DNA of 64,000 bases from Candidatus Dormiibacterota bacterium (GTDB taxonomy: Bacteria > Chloroflexota > Dormibacteria > Aeolococcales > Aeolococcaceae). The stretch lies in contig DASZGL010000041.1 of assembly GCA_035938875.1 (NCBI GenBank), forward strand, positions 3,341-67,340. Direction: 5' to 3'. Both the position numbers and the translations under genes were made by a program. Shown here piece after piece: positions 1 to 11,407 of the stretch. Each line of letters opens with the position of its first letter. Position 1 is the stretch's first letter. The notes under the pieces were generated by a model. The model did not search any database. It was not told where the DNA came from and was given only the letters and a program-made list of their open reading frames with translations.

Positions 1-25
1 GCATCAGCCCGGCGTCCGCACGCAG

Positions 26-922
26 CTACTTGGACGCGCGCCCGGCACCGCCGGGACGCGGGCGTGTGTCGCCGTCCTCGAGCCTTGCTTCGATCTGCTC
101 GACGCGCTCGAATGCCGCCCAGACCGCGTCGCTGACCACGGTGCGCAGGCTGCCCTTCTCCAGCTGGTAGAGCGCGGCAGCGGAGGTGCCGCCTGGAGAG
201 GTGACCATGTCGCGCAGCTCGGCGACGTGGCGGCCGCTCTGCAGGGCGAATGCCGCCGATCCCTGCATGGTGTCGAGCACGAGCTCGCGGGCAACGTGAC
301 GGGGAAAGCCGAGGTGCACCGCGGCGTCGACCAGCGCCTCGATGAACAGGAAGATGTACGTCGGACCGGTACCGCTCACCGCGGTAGCCATGGCGACCTG
401 GCGCTCGTCGTGCACCTGGAACTCACGCCCCAGGGCTCCGAGAATGCTGCGTGTCTGCGCCTTGCCCTCATCGGTCACCGAGTCGGTGGCGTACCAGACG
501 GTGACACCCTGTCCGATCTGCGCCGGGGTGTTGGGCATGCAGCGCACGACGGCGGGATGCAGCAGCCCTTTGCCAAGCGCGTGCGTGCTCGCCCCGGCGA
601 TGACACTGACCACCAGCTGGGATTCGCGCAGGGTGCCACGCAGCTCGGGCATCACCTGGGGAAGCACCTGGGGCTTGAGTGCGAGCAGAACGATGTCGGC
701 GCCGTCGGCTGCGGCGGCGTTGCTCTCGACGGTGGCGACACCGTGGTCGGCGGCGAGTGCGCGCCGGCGTTCCTCTCGCGGATGGCTGCACACCACCTGC
801 GCCGCCGTCAGCAGCCGCTGGGACAGCATCCCGGCGAGCATCGCCTCGGCCATCGCACCGGTGCCGACGATGCCCATCCTGACACCGTCGAGGGCCCCAG
901 CCGCCACACCGCCATCAGGCAT
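26..922 (-). CDS. proC: pyrroline-5-carboxylate reductase
   Basis: 298-aa ORF with an N-terminal Rossmann motif (MGIVGTGAMAEAM) and a P5CR-type C-terminal signature (VTSPGGTSAAAL). The start could be 922 or the internal ATG at 877 (MGIVGTG...). Confidence 0.85.
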   Translation of the reverse strand: MPDGGVAAGALDGVRMGIVGTGAMAEAMLAGMLSQRLLTAAQVVCSHPREERRRALAADHGVATVESNAAAADGADIVLLALKPQVLPQVMPELRGTLRESQLVVSVIAGASTHALGKGLLHPAVVRCMPNTPAQIGQGVTVWYATDSVTDEGKAQTRSILGALGREFQVHDERQVAMATAVSGTGPTYIFLFIEALVDAAVHLGFPRHVARELVLDTMQGSAAFALQSGRHVAELRDMVTSPGGTSAAALYQLEKGSLRTVVSDAVWAAFERVEQIEARLEDGDTRPRPGGAGRASK

Positions 923-977
923 GGCGGGACTGTACGGGACGGCCCCCGCCGCCCGCGGCGCCAGGACGGCGACGGCG

Positions 978-1910
978 TCAGGTCAGACCGAAGACTCCGC
1001 CGCCACCGCCGTTCAGCCTCGGAGCGTTGGCATCGACGGTGGGCTTCTGCACGCTGATCTTGGCCCCGTAGTCGTAGAGGTGAACGCTGGAGTCGAGATT
1101 GACGGTCAGCTGGCCGTGGGGAGTCTGGCTCGATGCCGAGCCCCCGCCACCCGCTCCCAGCGCGCCGAACGCCTGCGTCAGCTTGTCGAAGTCGACGGTG
1201 ATGCCGAAGCGAACACCGAGCCGATCGATGCGTCCCGTCGCCGAATCGACGTAGTCGTCGACCGTGGCGCCCTGGAAGGTGAGGAACTGCAACAGCAGCT
1301 GGCCGAGGCCGGTGCTGTCGCTGCTCGTCCCCAGCTGCTTTGAGATGAGCTTCTCCAGCTGGCCTTGGTCGAGCGTCGCCTGGAAGTGCTCGACCTGCAG
1401 ACCGTCCTGGGCCGCGGGTCCCTTGTCGCTGACGGTGCCGACCCCGTCGAGGAACCCTGTGATCTGGCTCGGGTCGATCTGAACCCCGCTGGACAGGCCG
1501 CTCAGGTCTCCCTCGTAAAAGTGCGTGCCGTCGACACTGATGTAGCCCTTGCCGTCGTAGGCGACGACGGTGATCGGCTTGTCGCTCAGCGGCTTGGCGT
1601 TCAGCGTCATCTGGAACCGCTGCGCCGACTCGATGTCGCCCCTGCCGCCGAACGTGAGGCCGTTGCCGGCCACTTTGTCCAGCTGGCCGAGCTCGCCGGC
1701 AGAGAGGCCGCTGAGCTTGCTGGTGTCGAAGCCGACGGTGGCCGAGACCTCGAAGCGCATCGAGCCCTGCTTTGCCGCCGCAGCCGATGCTTTGACGATG
1801 TCGCCCGGGCTCTTGCCGGAGAGGACGTTGCCTGCCGACTTGCTGCCACAGCCGGCCAGGGCCACGGCAACGACACCGGCACAGGAGAGGAAGCGCACTG
1901 ACTGGCGCAT
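978..1910 (-). CDS. secreted lipoprotein, unknown family
   Basis: ATG at 1910 gives MRQSVRFLSCAGVVAVALAGC-GS, a signal peptide plus lipobox. The longer ORF reaching 2054 would run into the divergent hutH start. No family recognised. Confidence 0.6.
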   Translation of the reverse strand: MRQSVRFLSCAGVVAVALAGCGSKSAGNVLSGKSPGDIVKASAAAAKQGSMRFEVSATVGFDTSKLSGLSAGELGQLDKVAGNGLTFGGRGDIESAQRFQMTLNAKPLSDKPITVVAYDGKGYISVDGTHFYEGDLSGLSSGVQIDPSQITGFLDGVGTVSDKGPAAQDGLQVEHFQATLDQGQLEKLISKQLGTSSDSTGLGQLLLQFLTFQGATVDDYVDSATGRIDRLGVRFGITVDFDKLTQAFGALGAGGGGSASSQTPHGQLTVNLDSSVHLYDYGAKISVQKPTVDANAPRLNGGGGGVFGLT

Positions 1911-2034
1911 GGGCACCTCGGTTGGATCGGACGCGGACCTCACGATACCGCGCCCCCGGAGCACGGGCACGGGCGAGACGACGCTGCCACACTCTCGTTT
2001 CCCCGAGCTGTGTGGCGCGCTACCCTGCGCCGCG

Positions 2035-3564
2035 ATGGTGGTCATCGACGGCACGCCGCTGACGATCGAACAGCTGGTGGCCGTGGCGCGTCACCGGCAT
2101 CCGGTCTCGGTCGATGTCGGCGTCGCTGCGCGAATGGCGACCTCACGCCGCTACGTCGAGGAGCTCGATGCTCGCGGTGACGTCGCCTACGGGGTTACCA
2201 CCGGCTTCGGCGCTCTCGCCGACCGGGCCATCGACGTCGCCGACCGGATCACCCTGCAGCGCGCCGTGGTCCGCAGCCACGCGGCCGGCATGGGTCCGGC
2301 GGTCGACGCCGAGGTGGTGCGCGGCATGATGCTGCTTCGCGCGCGAACTCTCTGCGCCGGTTACTCCGGTGTGCGCACCGAGCTGGTCGACGCCATCGTC
2401 GCCATGCTCAACAGCCAGGTGGTGCCCTTCGTCCCCGAGCACGGTTCGCTGGGAGCGTCGGGCGACCTCGCGCCTTTGGCCCATGCCGCGGCGTGCCTCT
2501 GCGCCGAGGGTGAGGCGGTGGCCGAGAACGGCGGCATCGAGCCCGCGGCGGCGGCGCTCGCCCGTGGCGGCCTGCGGCCATTGGAAATCGGCGTCAAGGA
2601 AGGCCTGGCCTTGATCAACGGCACCGACGCCATGACCGCGGTTCTCGCCCTGGCGCTGCACGACCTGGCGCTGCTCATGGTGGCCGCCGACTGCGTCTGC
2701 GCCATGAGCGTCGAGGCTTTGCTGGCCACGACGATGGCGTTCGACGATGAGCTGGTGCGGCTGCGACCTGCGCCCGGACAGCAACTGGTGGCGGCAAACC
2801 TGCGCGCCCTGCTGCGCGGCAGTCCCATCGTGGCATCGCATCGCGAGTCGCACCACGCTGTGCAGGATGCCTACTCGCTCCGCTGCGCCCCCCAGGTTCA
2901 CGGTGCCGGCCGCGACGTGCTCGGCTTCGCCGTCACCACCGTCGATCGTGAATTGTCCAGTATTGTCGATAACCCGGTGATCCTTGGCGGTCGGATGCTG
3001 GCCAGTGGCGGCAACTTCCACGGCCAGGCCCTGGCCTACGCCGCCGACATGTGCGCCTCGGTGTGCGCCGACGTCGCCGCCATCAGCGAGCGGCGCGTCG
3101 ACCGGCTCCTCGACCCGGCGCGGTCCCGCGGCCTACCCGCATTCCTCAGTCCGCATCCCGGGGTCAACAGCGGCCTGATGATCACCCAGTACACCGCCGC
3201 GGAATGCGTCGCCCGCCTGCGCGCCGCCGCGGCGCCGATGGCGGTGCAGAGCGCGGCCACCAGCGCCGGCCAGGAGGACCACGTCTCCATGGGCTGGGCC
3301 GCCGCGCTGCGCACCCGTTGCTCGGTCGACCTTCTCCGCCGGGTGCTCGCCGTCGAGGCCATCGCCGCCGCCCAGGCATTGGAGCTTCGCCGTCCGCTGC
3401 AACCCGGCCCGGCAACGGCGGCCCTCGTCGCCTCGCTGCGAGAGCGTTCGGCATCGCTGGCCGAGGATCGCATCCTCAGCCCCGACCTGCGCGCCGCCGA
3501 GGACTGGCTTGCAGGCGGCGAGTTCCGGCACAGCGCCGAGCCCGTGAGCGGTCCTCTGGCGTGA
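2035..3564 (+). CDS. hutH: histidine ammonia-lyase
   Basis: MIO-forming Ala-Ser-Gly is present in [14 protein letters not shown], and the protein looks HAL-like over its full length. I take ATG 2035 ([14 protein letters not shown]). The ORF-track start at 1570 is an upstream extension across the divergent promoter region. Confidence 0.9.
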   Translation: MVVIDGTPLTIEQLVAVARHRHPVSVDVGVAARMATSRRYVEELDARGDVAYGVTTGFGALADRAIDVADRITLQRAVVRSHAAGMGPAVDAEVVRGMMLLRARTLCAGYSGVRTELVDAIVAMLNSQVVPFVPEHGSLGASGDLAPLAHAAACLCAEGEAVAENGGIEPAAAALARGGLRPLEIGVKEGLALINGTDAMTAVLALALHDLALLMVAADCVCAMSVEALLATTMAFDDELVRLRPAPGQQLVAANLRALLRGSPIVASHRESHHAVQDAYSLRCAPQVHGAGRDVLGFAVTTVDRELSSIVDNPVILGGRMLASGGNFHGQALAYAADMCASVCADVAAISERRVDRLLDPARSRGLPAFLSPHPGVNSGLMITQYTAAECVARLRAAAAPMAVQSAATSAGQEDHVSMGWAAALRTRCSVDLLRRVLAVEAIAAAQALELRRPLQPGPATAALVASLRERSASLAEDRILSPDLRAAEDWLAGGEFRHSAEPVSGPLA

Positions 3565-5228
3565 GCGCCGGCGCCCGCCCGGTCAGCGCGCCGCGAGGGA
3601 AGGCGCTGAGCTGCCGGTCGTGGCAGACGGAGGCGGCGCTGCGCTGCCTGATGAACAACCTCGACCCCGACGTCGCCGAAGATCCCGACAACCTCGTCGT
3701 CTACGGTGGGACCGGGCGGGCGGCGCGCAGCTGGGCTTGCTTCGACGCCATCGTCGCCGCCCTGCGCAGCCTCGCCGACGACGAGACCCTGCTGGTCCAG
3801 TCGGGCAAGCCCGTCGGCGTGGCCCGCACCCATGAGCTGGCCCCGCGGGTGCTCATCGCCAACAGCCTGCTGGTGCCGCAATGGGCCACCTGGGAGGAGT
3901 TCTGGCGGCTCGAGGCCCTGGGGCTGACGATGTACGGCCAGATGACCGCGGGTTCCTGGATCTACATCGGCACCCAGGGCATCCTCCAGGGCACCTACGA
4001 GACCTTCGCCGCGGTGGCGCGCAAGCGCTTCGGCGGCTCGCTTCGTGGCCGGATGGTGGTCACCGCCGGGCTCGGCGGCATGGGCGGGGCACAACCCCTG
4101 GCCATCACCATGAACGGTGGCGTCGCCCTGTGCATCGACGTCGATGAGGCGCGGGTGCGCCGCCGGCTCGACGGCGGCTACCTCGACGAGATGGCCGCAG
4201 ACCTGGTCGATGCCGTGCAGCGCTGCGACCTGGCCCGTGAGCAGGGTCGCGCTGTTTCTGTCGGAGTCGTCGACAACGCGGCGACGGCGCTGCCCGAGCT
4301 GCTCGACATGGGGGTCGCCGCCGACATCGTCACCGACCAGACCAGCGCCCACGACCCGCTGAACGGATACATCCCCGCGGCCATGACCCTGGAGGAGGCG
4401 GCGCAGCTGCGCCAGCAGGATCCCAGCGTCTACGTCGAGCGGGCTCGCGAATCGATGGCTCGGCACTGCGCCTCCATGGTCACCTACCAGCAGCGCGGCG
4501 CCGAGGTCTTCGACTACGGCAACTCGCTGCGCGAGGAGGCACGACGGGGCGGCTACAGCGATGCCTTCGCTTATCCGGGATTCGTCCCCGCCTACCTCCG
4601 TCCGCAGTTCTGCGAGGGCCGCGGCCCGTTTCGTTGGGTTGCATTGAGCGGCGACGCCGAGGACATCAGGGTCACCGACACCGCTATGGCCGAGCTGTTC
4701 AGCGGCGACGACGAGCTGCAGCGCTGGCTGCGACTCGCCGGCGAGCGGGTGCGGTTCCAGGGGCTGCCGGCACGGATTTGCTGGCTGGGCGCCGGCGAGC
4801 GTCACCTCGCCGGGCTGCGATTCAACGAGCTGGTCGCGGCGGGAAAGGTGGCGGCGCCGATCGTCATCGGCCGCGACCATCTCGACAGCGGCAGCGTGGC
4901 CTCACCGCTGCGCGAGACCGAGGCGATGCGCGACGGCAGCGACGCCATCGCCGACTGGCCGGTGCTCAACGCGCTGCTCAACACCGCGAGTGGTGCCACC
5001 TGGGTGGCGGTGCACCACGGTGGCGGTGTCGGCATCGGCCGCTCCATCCACGCCGGCGCGCAGGTTGTCGCCGATGGCACGCCGCTGGGTGCGCAACGGC
5101 TCGAACTGGTGCTGCGCAACGACCCGGCGAGCGGGGTCATGCGCCACGCCGACGCCGGGTACACCGAGGCCTGGGCGGCGGCCGCGGCGCGCGATGTCCG
5201 CATTCCCATGCCGGGAGCAACGGGGTGA
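3561..5228 (+). CDS. hutU: urocanate hydratase
   Basis: Urocanase-like throughout ([33 protein letters not shown]). GTG 3561 overlaps the hutH stop (GTGA). The ORF-track start at 3051 lies inside hutH. Confidence 0.9.
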   Translation: MSAGARPVSAPRGKALSCRSWQTEAALRCLMNNLDPDVAEDPDNLVVYGGTGRAARSWACFDAIVAALRSLADDETLLVQSGKPVGVARTHELAPRVLIANSLLVPQWATWEEFWRLEALGLTMYGQMTAGSWIYIGTQGILQGTYETFAAVARKRFGGSLRGRMVVTAGLGGMGGAQPLAITMNGGVALCIDVDEARVRRRLDGGYLDEMAADLVDAVQRCDLAREQGRAVSVGVVDNAATALPELLDMGVAADIVTDQTSAHDPLNGYIPAAMTLEEAAQLRQQDPSVYVERARESMARHCASMVTYQQRGAEVFDYGNSLREEARRGGYSDAFAYPGFVPAYLRPQFCEGRGPFRWVALSGDAEDIRVTDTAMAELFSGDDELQRWLRLAGERVRFQGLPARICWLGAGERHLAGLRFNELVAAGKVAAPIVIGRDHLDSGSVASPLRETEAMRDGSDAIADWPVLNALLNTASGATWVAVHHGGGVGIGRSIHAGAQVVADGTPLGAQRLELVLRNDPASGVMRHADAGYTEAWAAAAARDVRIPMPGATG

Positions 5229-6148
5229 ACGCCGCTGAGTGGCTCGCCGCGTCGACCGGTGCCGCGCCGCCGTACGACGTCGCCGTGCTCGGCGCGCCCA
5301 TCGCCCGGGCGTCGATCAGTCCCTCGCACGCGCAGGCGACGCCGCAGGCGTTTCGCCAGGCGCTCGGCCGTTTCCCCACCTGGGACGGAGACCACGACAT
5401 CGACCTGGTTTCGCTGCGCCTCCGCGACCTCGGCGACGTCGCTGGCGACGCGGCCGACAAAGATGCGACCGCCGCTCACCGGCGCATCGAGGCGGCAGCG
5501 CGGCAGGCGGCCGCTGACGCGACAACGGTTATTGTCATCGGCGGCGATAACTCGCTGACCCGACCGGCGATGCTGGGCATCAGCGACGGCGACCTCGGCG
5601 CCGGTTGGGGACTGCTGACCCTCGACGCCCACCACGACGTCAGGCCGCACGACAGCGGCTCGACCAACGGCAGCCCGGTGCGTGAGCTCATCGAGGCGGG
5701 ACTGCCGGGCACGCGCGTCGCCCAGGTGGGCATCGCCGGCCAGGCCAACAGCCGCGAGCTCGCCTCGTGGGCCAACGCAGCGGGCATTCGCGTCACCCGC
5801 GTCGGCCAGGTGCGCCGCGATGGCGTCGCCACGGTGCTGGCCGAGGCCCTCGCCGCCCTCGAAGAAGCCGGGGCGACGCGCCTGTACGTCGACCTCGACA
5901 TCGACGTCCTCGATCGCGCCTTCGCGCCGGCGTGCCCGGCGAGCATGCCGGGAGGGCTGCGCCCGGAGCAACTGCAGGAGGCGGCGCACATCCTCGGCGG
6001 CGATCGCCGCGTCCGCGGGCTCGACCTCGTCGAGGTCGACGCCACCGCTGACGTCAACGGCACCACGGTGCGCACCATGGCATCGCTGTTCGTCGCCTTC
6101 TGCGCAGGCATCGCCGCGCGAACGGTTGCGCCGCCGGTGGCGACATGA
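5225..6148 (+). CDS. hutG: formimidoylglutamase (arginase-fold ureohydrolase)
   Basis: Arginase-family metal-ligand motifs ([21 protein letters not shown]). GTG 5225 overlaps the hutU stop. Position between hutU and hutI supports the call. Confidence 0.7.
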   Translation: MNAAEWLAASTGAAPPYDVAVLGAPIARASISPSHAQATPQAFRQALGRFPTWDGDHDIDLVSLRLRDLGDVAGDAADKDATAAHRRIEAAARQAAADATTVIVIGGDNSLTRPAMLGISDGDLGAGWGLLTLDAHHDVRPHDSGSTNGSPVRELIEAGLPGTRVAQVGIAGQANSRELASWANAAGIRVTRVGQVRRDGVATVLAEALAALEEAGATRLYVDLDIDVLDRAFAPACPASMPGGLRPEQLQEAAHILGGDRRVRGLDLVEVDATADVNGTTVRTMASLFVAFCAGIAARTVAPPVAT

Positions 6149-7365
6149 GCAGCGCGGCGACGCTGGTGGTGCGCAACATCGGCGAGCTGGCAACGTGTGA
6201 TCCATCGCGAGGCGAGTCTCCCGGGCTGATCATCGGCGCCGCGCTTGCCGCCGAGGGTGATCGCCTGGTCTATGTCGGCGACGACGGTGGCCTGCACGGC
6301 ATCGACATCAGCGCCGACGCCGAGGTCGTCGACGCCGGCGGCAACGCGGTCATCCCCGGCCTGGTCGACGCCCACACGCACGCGGTCTTCGCCGGTCATC
6401 GCGGCGGCGAGTACGCGCTGCGTGCCGAGGGGATCAGCTATGAGGAGATCGCCGCGCTCGGTGGCGGCATCCGTGCCACGGTGCGGGCGACGCGGCAGGC
6501 GTCGGTCGACGAGCTGGTCGCGCTGGCCCGGCCGCGTCTTCGCCGGATGCGCCGGTCAGGGACGACCACGGTGGAGATCAAGAGCGGCTACGGGCTGGAG
6601 CTCGACACCGAGCTACGTCAGCTCCAGGCAGCCCATGCGCTGGGTCGCGACGCGTCGCTGCCCGACGTGGCGGCGACGTTCCTGCCGCTGCACGCCGCGC
6701 CGGACGGCGAGCGCGCCGCATTCGTCGAGGAGGTGTGCCGCGACTGGCTGCCACAGGCAGCCCCGCAGGCGCGCTTCGTCGACGCCTTCTGCGAGTCCGG
6801 GGTGTTCACCGTCACCGAGTGCGAGACCCTCTACGCGGCGGCGCGCGACCTCGGCCTGGGTATCAAGGTCCACGCCGAGCAGCGCAGTCACAGCGGCGGC
6901 GCAGCCCTCGCCGCGCGCAGCGGCGCGGTGAGCGCCGACCACCTCGAGCACGCCGACGACAACGACCTTCGCGCACTTGCTGCGGCGGGAACCGTCGGTG
7001 TCCTCCTACCCGGCGCCGCGCTGACGCTCGGTGGCCCGCCGCCACCCGGCCGGCGGCTCATCGACGCGGGCGCGCGGGTAGCCGTTGCCACCGACTGCAA
7101 CCCCGGCACGTGCTACACCGAGTCGATGCCGCTGATGATCTCCCTTGCCGTCTCCATCGCCGGGCTGCGCCCGGCCGAGGCGCTGGTCGCAGCCACCTCC
7201 GGGGGGGCCGCCGCGCTGGCGCTGCCGGATAGGGGCGTGCTCGCAGCGGGCATGCGCTGCGACCTGGTCATCCTCGACTCACCGAACTGGATCGACATCG
7301 CCTACCACTTGGGCGGCTGCGCGACCGCGACGGTGGTGATCGGCGGCCGGCGCATCGAGGACTGA
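6145..7365 (+). CDS. hutI: imidazolonepropionase
   Basis: Amidohydrolase HxH motif (LVDAHTHAVFAG) and HutI-like sequence throughout. ATGA overlap with hutG. Confidence 0.9.
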   Translation: MSSAATLVVRNIGELATCDPSRGESPGLIIGAALAAEGDRLVYVGDDGGLHGIDISADAEVVDAGGNAVIPGLVDAHTHAVFAGHRGGEYALRAEGISYEEIAALGGGIRATVRATRQASVDELVALARPRLRRMRRSGTTTVEIKSGYGLELDTELRQLQAAHALGRDASLPDVAATFLPLHAAPDGERAAFVEEVCRDWLPQAAPQARFVDAFCESGVFTVTECETLYAAARDLGLGIKVHAEQRSHSGGAALAARSGAVSADHLEHADDNDLRALAAAGTVGVLLPGAALTLGGPPPPGRRLIDAGARVAVATDCNPGTCYTESMPLMISLAVSIAGLRPAEALVAATSGGAAALALPDRGVLAAGMRCDLVILDSPNWIDIAYHLGGCATATVVIGGRRIED

Positions 7366-7368
7366 GAC

Positions 7369-8781
7369 ATGACTCCGCCATTTCCCGAACTGATCGGCAA
7401 CGACCTCGAGGTCCCCCTGGCCACGGGAGGCGTGCGCCGCTACCTCAACCTCGACGCCGCGGCCAGCACACCGGCGATGCGCGTCGTCGCTGAGGCGGTG
7501 GAGCGCGCTCTGCCCTGGTACTCCAGCGTGCACCGCGGCGCGGGATTCACCTCGCAGGTGTCGACGCGCCTCTACGAGACGGCGCGGCAGGCGGTGGCCA
7601 CGTTCGTCGGCGCCCGCGACACGGATACTGTCATCTTCGTCCGTAACACAACGGAAGCGCTCAACCTCGCGGCGTGCTGCCTGCCCATCGCCCCCGGCGA
7701 TGTGGTGCTGAGCACGGCGGTCGAGCACCACGCCAACATGCTGCCCTGGCGCCGGCGGGCGCCGGTCGTCTACCTGCAGCCACCGCCCAGCCGCGAGTCG
7801 CTGCTGGACGCGGTTGCCGAGGCGCTGCGCGACCCCGGCCGGCGGGTGGCCATCGTGGCCATGACCGGGGCGAGCAACGTCACCGGCGAGGTCTTTCCCG
7901 TCGCCGAGGTCGCCGCCCTCGCCCACGAGCACGACGCCCTCGTCGTCGTCGACGGGGCGCAGCTGGCGCCGCACCGCCACATCGACATGGCGGCGCAGGG
8001 GATCGACTGCCTGGCGATCAGCGGTCACAAGATGTACGCGCCCTTCGGCACCGGCGCGCTCATCGCTCCCGCCGGACTGCTCAGCGGCGCCGAGCCGATG
8101 CTCGCCGGTGGTGGGGCGGTCGACTTCGTCACCCTGGACGACGTCGTCTGGACCGGCCTCCCCGACCGCATGGAAGCCGGCTCGCCAAACGTCATCGGCG
8201 CGGTCGCCCTGGCCGCCGCAGCCGCGACCCTCGACGACCTCGGCATGGAGCACATCGCCGCGCATGAGCGACAACTCCTGGCGCACCTGGAAGGGCGCCT
8301 GGTCGGCGTCCCCGGCGTCACCCGCTACCGCCTCTGGGACGCCGACGGCACCGATCGCGTCGGTGTCTACACGTTTACCGTCGACGCGCTGCACCACGCG
8401 CTGGTCGCCGCTGCGCTGAGCGCCGAGCACGCCATCGGCGTCCGCCACGGCTGTTTCTGCGCACACCCCTACATCACCCATTTGCTGGGCATCGCACCGG
8501 ACGAGGCGGAGGTGATCCGCGACCACCTGCGCCGCGGTGAGCGCGCCACCGTCCCCGGCGCCGTTCGCGCCTCGTTCAGCGTCGCCACCTCCGCCGAGGA
8601 CATCGATCGTTTCGCCGACGCGGTCGCCGACATCGTCGAGCACGGACCGCGCCTCGTCTACGCGCAGGACCCTTCCACCGGCGACTTCGCTCCGGTCGCA
8701 GACCCCAGGGAGCTGCCGCGCATCCGGCCGCTGGCGCCGCTGGAAAGCGCGTCAAGTGGCGGCGGCTGCGGGCACTTTTGA
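7369..8781 (+). CDS. class V aminotransferase / cysteine-desulfurase-like PLP enzyme
   Basis: 470 aa. PLP-lysine context ISGHKMYAPFGTG, plus NTTEALN and HHANMLPW motifs typical of the SufS/CsdA/IscS-like fold type I class V. ATG lies 3 nt after the hutI stop. Confidence 0.75.
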   Translation: MTPPFPELIGNDLEVPLATGGVRRYLNLDAAASTPAMRVVAEAVERALPWYSSVHRGAGFTSQVSTRLYETARQAVATFVGARDTDTVIFVRNTTEALNLAACCLPIAPGDVVLSTAVEHHANMLPWRRRAPVVYLQPPPSRESLLDAVAEALRDPGRRVAIVAMTGASNVTGEVFPVAEVAALAHEHDALVVVDGAQLAPHRHIDMAAQGIDCLAISGHKMYAPFGTGALIAPAGLLSGAEPMLAGGGAVDFVTLDDVVWTGLPDRMEAGSPNVIGAVALAAAAATLDDLGMEHIAAHERQLLAHLEGRLVGVPGVTRYRLWDADGTDRVGVYTFTVDALHHALVAAALSAEHAIGVRHGCFCAHPYITHLLGIAPDEAEVIRDHLRRGERATVPGAVRASFSVATSAEDIDRFADAVADIVEHGPRLVYAQDPSTGDFAPVADPRELPRIRPLAPLESASSGGGCGHF

Positions 8782-8942
8782 AATGTCCTCCCAATGGGGG
8801 ATCGACGCGAGTCCCAAAGCGTGGCTAAGATCGCGTCTCCGCCTCAGAGCCCAGCGAGCCCGGAATCGACAGGCGGAGAGGAGGAGAGGGTGCGCCACGC
8901 CGTCGGGGTGAGCACCGCCGCATCCTGTCGCGGCAGGAGCTC

Positions 8943-9725
8943 ATGAGCCTCCTCGCTGTCGAGAACCTGACCGTGCGCTACGGGGGTGCGGTGCTGGCGC
9001 TCGACGACGTCAGTTTCGAGGTGCCCGAGGGCGGCGCGGTCGGCCTGCTCGGGGCCAACGGGGCGGGCAAGACCACAGTCCTCCGGGCGGTGTCCGGCCT
9101 GCTGCGCTTTCACAGCGGTGCCATCGTGCGCGGTTCGGTCACCTTCAACGGACGATCGATCGTCAACGCCGACGCTTCTCGGTTGGTCGCCGGAGGCATC
9201 GCCCAGGTGCTCGAAGGGCGGCGCATCTTCCGCGACCTCACCGTCGCGGACAACCTGCGCGCCGGCGGCTTCGCGACCTCGCAGCGCAGGGGAAGCCAGG
9301 ACGAGGTGCGCGACCGTGTGCTCGAGCTCTTCCCCATCCTCGGCGAGCGACTCCACCAGTCGGCAGGGTTTCTCAGCGGCGGCGAGCAGCAGATGCTCGC
9401 CGTGGGCAGGGCGCTGATGGCCAGACCGCGGCTGCTCCTCCTCGACGAGCCATCCCTCGGACTGGCGCCACTGGTGGTTCGCCAGATCGGCAAGGTGCTG
9501 CAGGCGATCAACGGTGACGGCGTCGCCCTGCTGCTCGTCGACCAGAGCACCGCGCTGGCCCTCGAGGTGACCAAGTACGGCTATCTGCTCGAGACCGGGC
9601 ACGTGGTGCATCAGAAGCCGACGGCGGACCTGCTCGCCGACCCGGCGGTCCGGGCGTCCTACCTGGGGACCGCGGCCGGCGACGAGGCGGTGCAGTCGCG
9701 CATCGAAGAGAGCGTGTCCCCGTGA
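8943..9725 (+). CDS. livF: branched-chain amino acid ABC transporter ATP-binding protein (LivF type)
   Basis: Walker A GANGAGKTT, signature LSGGEQQML, Walker B LLLLDEPS. Confidence 0.85.
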   Translation: MSLLAVENLTVRYGGAVLALDDVSFEVPEGGAVGLLGANGAGKTTVLRAVSGLLRFHSGAIVRGSVTFNGRSIVNADASRLVAGGIAQVLEGRRIFRDLTVADNLRAGGFATSQRRGSQDEVRDRVLELFPILGERLHQSAGFLSGGEQQMLAVGRALMARPRLLLLDEPSLGLAPLVVRQIGKVLQAINGDGVALLLVDQSTALALEVTKYGYLLETGHVVHQKPTADLLADPAVRASYLGTAAGDEAVQSRIEESVSP

Positions 9726-10504
9726 GCGAACCGATCCTCGACGTCTCCGGGCTCACCCTGCGCTTCGGCGCGATCACGGCGTTTCAAGACATCACCTTCA
9801 GCGTCGCCGACAACGAGGTCTTCGCCATCATCGGACCCAACGGCGCGGGCAAGACATCCCTGTTCAACGTGCTCTCGCGGGTCTACCGTCCCCAAGCGGG
9901 AACCGCGCGCTACCTGGGACGTGACCTGCTGTCGTTGCGGCCGGCACAGATCGCCGGCGCCGGTATCGCCCGCACATTCCAGAACCTCGGGCTCTTCGGA
10001 CTGCTGACGGTTCTCGAGAACGTGCTCATCGGCCGGCACCACCTGATGCGCTCGGGGTCGATCATCGGCGGCGTCTATCTCGGCTACGCGCAGCGCGAGG
10101 AGAAAGTGCACCGCGCCGCGGCGATGGAAACGCTTCAATTCGCGGGCATCGAGAAGTACGCGTCGACGCCCGTCGGACTGCTCCCCTACGGGATCCGCAA
10201 GCTGGTCGAGCTGGCTCGAGCGCTGGCCATGCAACCGCGTCTGCTGCTCCTCGACGAGCCGGTTGCAGGGATGACCGAGGCGGAACGCTGGCAGGTGACG
10301 GCGCTCATCCGGCGGATGCACACCGAGCGCAACCTCAGCATCGTGCTCGTCGAGCACGACATGGGCTTCGTCATGAACCTTGCGCAGCGCGTCCTGGTGC
10401 TCGACTTCGGCCGGCGCATCGCCCTGGCCACCCCAGGCGAGGTGCAGCGCAACCAGGCGGTGATCAGCGCCTACCTCGGTGAGCCGCTGGACGACACCGC
10501 ATGA
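9722..10504 (+). CDS. livG: branched-chain amino acid ABC transporter ATP-binding protein (LivG type)
   Basis: Walker A GPNGAGKTS, Walker B LLLLDEPVAGM, LivG-type C-terminus (AYLGE). 4-nt overlap with the upstream gene. Confidence 0.85.
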   Translation: MSEPILDVSGLTLRFGAITAFQDITFSVADNEVFAIIGPNGAGKTSLFNVLSRVYRPQAGTARYLGRDLLSLRPAQIAGAGIARTFQNLGLFGLLTVLENVLIGRHHLMRSGSIIGGVYLGYAQREEKVHRAAAMETLQFAGIEKYASTPVGLLPYGIRKLVELARALAMQPRLLLLDEPVAGMTEAERWQVTALIRRMHTERNLSIVLVEHDMGFVMNLAQRVLVLDFGRRIALATPGEVQRNQAVISAYLGEPLDDTA

Positions 10505-11406
10505 CCGAGTTCCTCGAGTTCCTGTTCAACGGCATCGCCCTGGGCGGCATCTACGCCCTCATCGCCCTCGGCTTCACCGTCATCTATCGGGCCAGCTCGG
10601 TGATCAACTTCGCCCAGGGAAGCTTTCTCCTCCTCGGCGCCTACCTGGTCGCCTGGCTGCATGTCGACAAGGGCCTCCCCTTTGCCGTGAGCGTGCTCAT
10701 CGCCATCGCCGTCACAGCGTCGGTCGGCGCGCTCTTCCAGATCGGAGTCCTGCGTCGCGTCACCGGCCAGCAGGTGTTCACCATCGTGATGATCACCATC
10801 GGTCTCAACGTTGTCCTGACGGCGTTGGTGCCGGCGGCGATCTCCAGCATCGGACAGAGCGGCAGCGATATCGGTGACCCGTGGGGCAGCTCGACGCTGG
10901 GCATCGGTGGCGTCACGTTGACCTACGTGAAGGTTTGGACGGTCATCACCACCCTCTTCGTGCTGCTGCTGTTCTTCCTCTTCGACCGCTACTCGCGGTA
11001 CGGGCTGGCGATGCGCGCCACCGCGTCTGACGAGGAGGCTGCGCTCGCCGTCGGCGTCCCCACCCGCCGGGTCAACGCGCTCGCCTGGGGGATCGCTGGC
11101 GCTGTCGCGGTCGTCGGCGGGTTCTTCCTCGCCGGCTTTCCCTCGCGCGCGGATCCTGTGCTCGGACTCGCTTCGCTCCGCGCCTTTCCCGCGATCATCC
11201 TCGGCGGCTTGGAGTCGCCCACCGGCGCGGTGGTCGGCGGCATGATCATCGGCGTCGTCGAGGAGCTCACCGCCGGCTATCAACCCAATCACGCGTCGTG
11301 GCTGGGCACCAACTTCTACATCGTCGCTCCCTACTTGGTGATGATCCTGGTCCTGATGGTCAAGCCGTACGGGCTGTTCGGTCAGCGACCGGTCGAGCGG
11401 GCCTGA
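10501..11406 (+). CDS. livH: branched-chain amino acid ABC transporter permease (LivH type)
   Basis: 301-aa polytopic protein with a LivH-like N-terminus (FLFNGIALGGIYALIALGFTVIYR). ATGA overlap with livG. Confidence 0.85.
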   Translation: MTEFLEFLFNGIALGGIYALIALGFTVIYRASSVINFAQGSFLLLGAYLVAWLHVDKGLPFAVSVLIAIAVTASVGALFQIGVLRRVTGQQVFTIVMITIGLNVVLTALVPAAISSIGQSGSDIGDPWGSSTLGIGGVTLTYVKVWTVITTLFVLLLFFLFDRYSRYGLAMRATASDEEAALAVGVPTRRVNALAWGIAGAVAVVGGFFLAGFPSRADPVLGLASLRAFPAIILGGLESPTGAVVGGMIIGVVEELTAGYQPNHASWLGTNFYIVAPYLVMILVLMVKPYGLFGQRPVERA

Positions 11407-11407
11407 C

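Noticed and set aside
2035-7365. Alternative reading of the hut-like operon as an ergothioneine (thiourocanate) catabolic cluster. This was prompted by the appended class V PLP enzyme.
   Set aside because: The lyase retains the canonical Ala-Ser-Gly MIO motif ([12 protein letters not shown]) of true histidine ammonia-lyases, and the remaining three genes look like ordinary HutU, HutG and HutI. There is no sequence evidence for the thio-pathway.
8782-8942. Possible riboswitch or leader upstream of the liv operon. Two hairpins: GACGCGA...TCGCGTC and TCTCCGCC...GGCGGAGA.
   Set aside because: I could not match it to any riboswitch core I know (TPP, SAM, glycine, lysine, T-box and others). It is kept only as a structured spacer. 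An Rfam scan would settle it.
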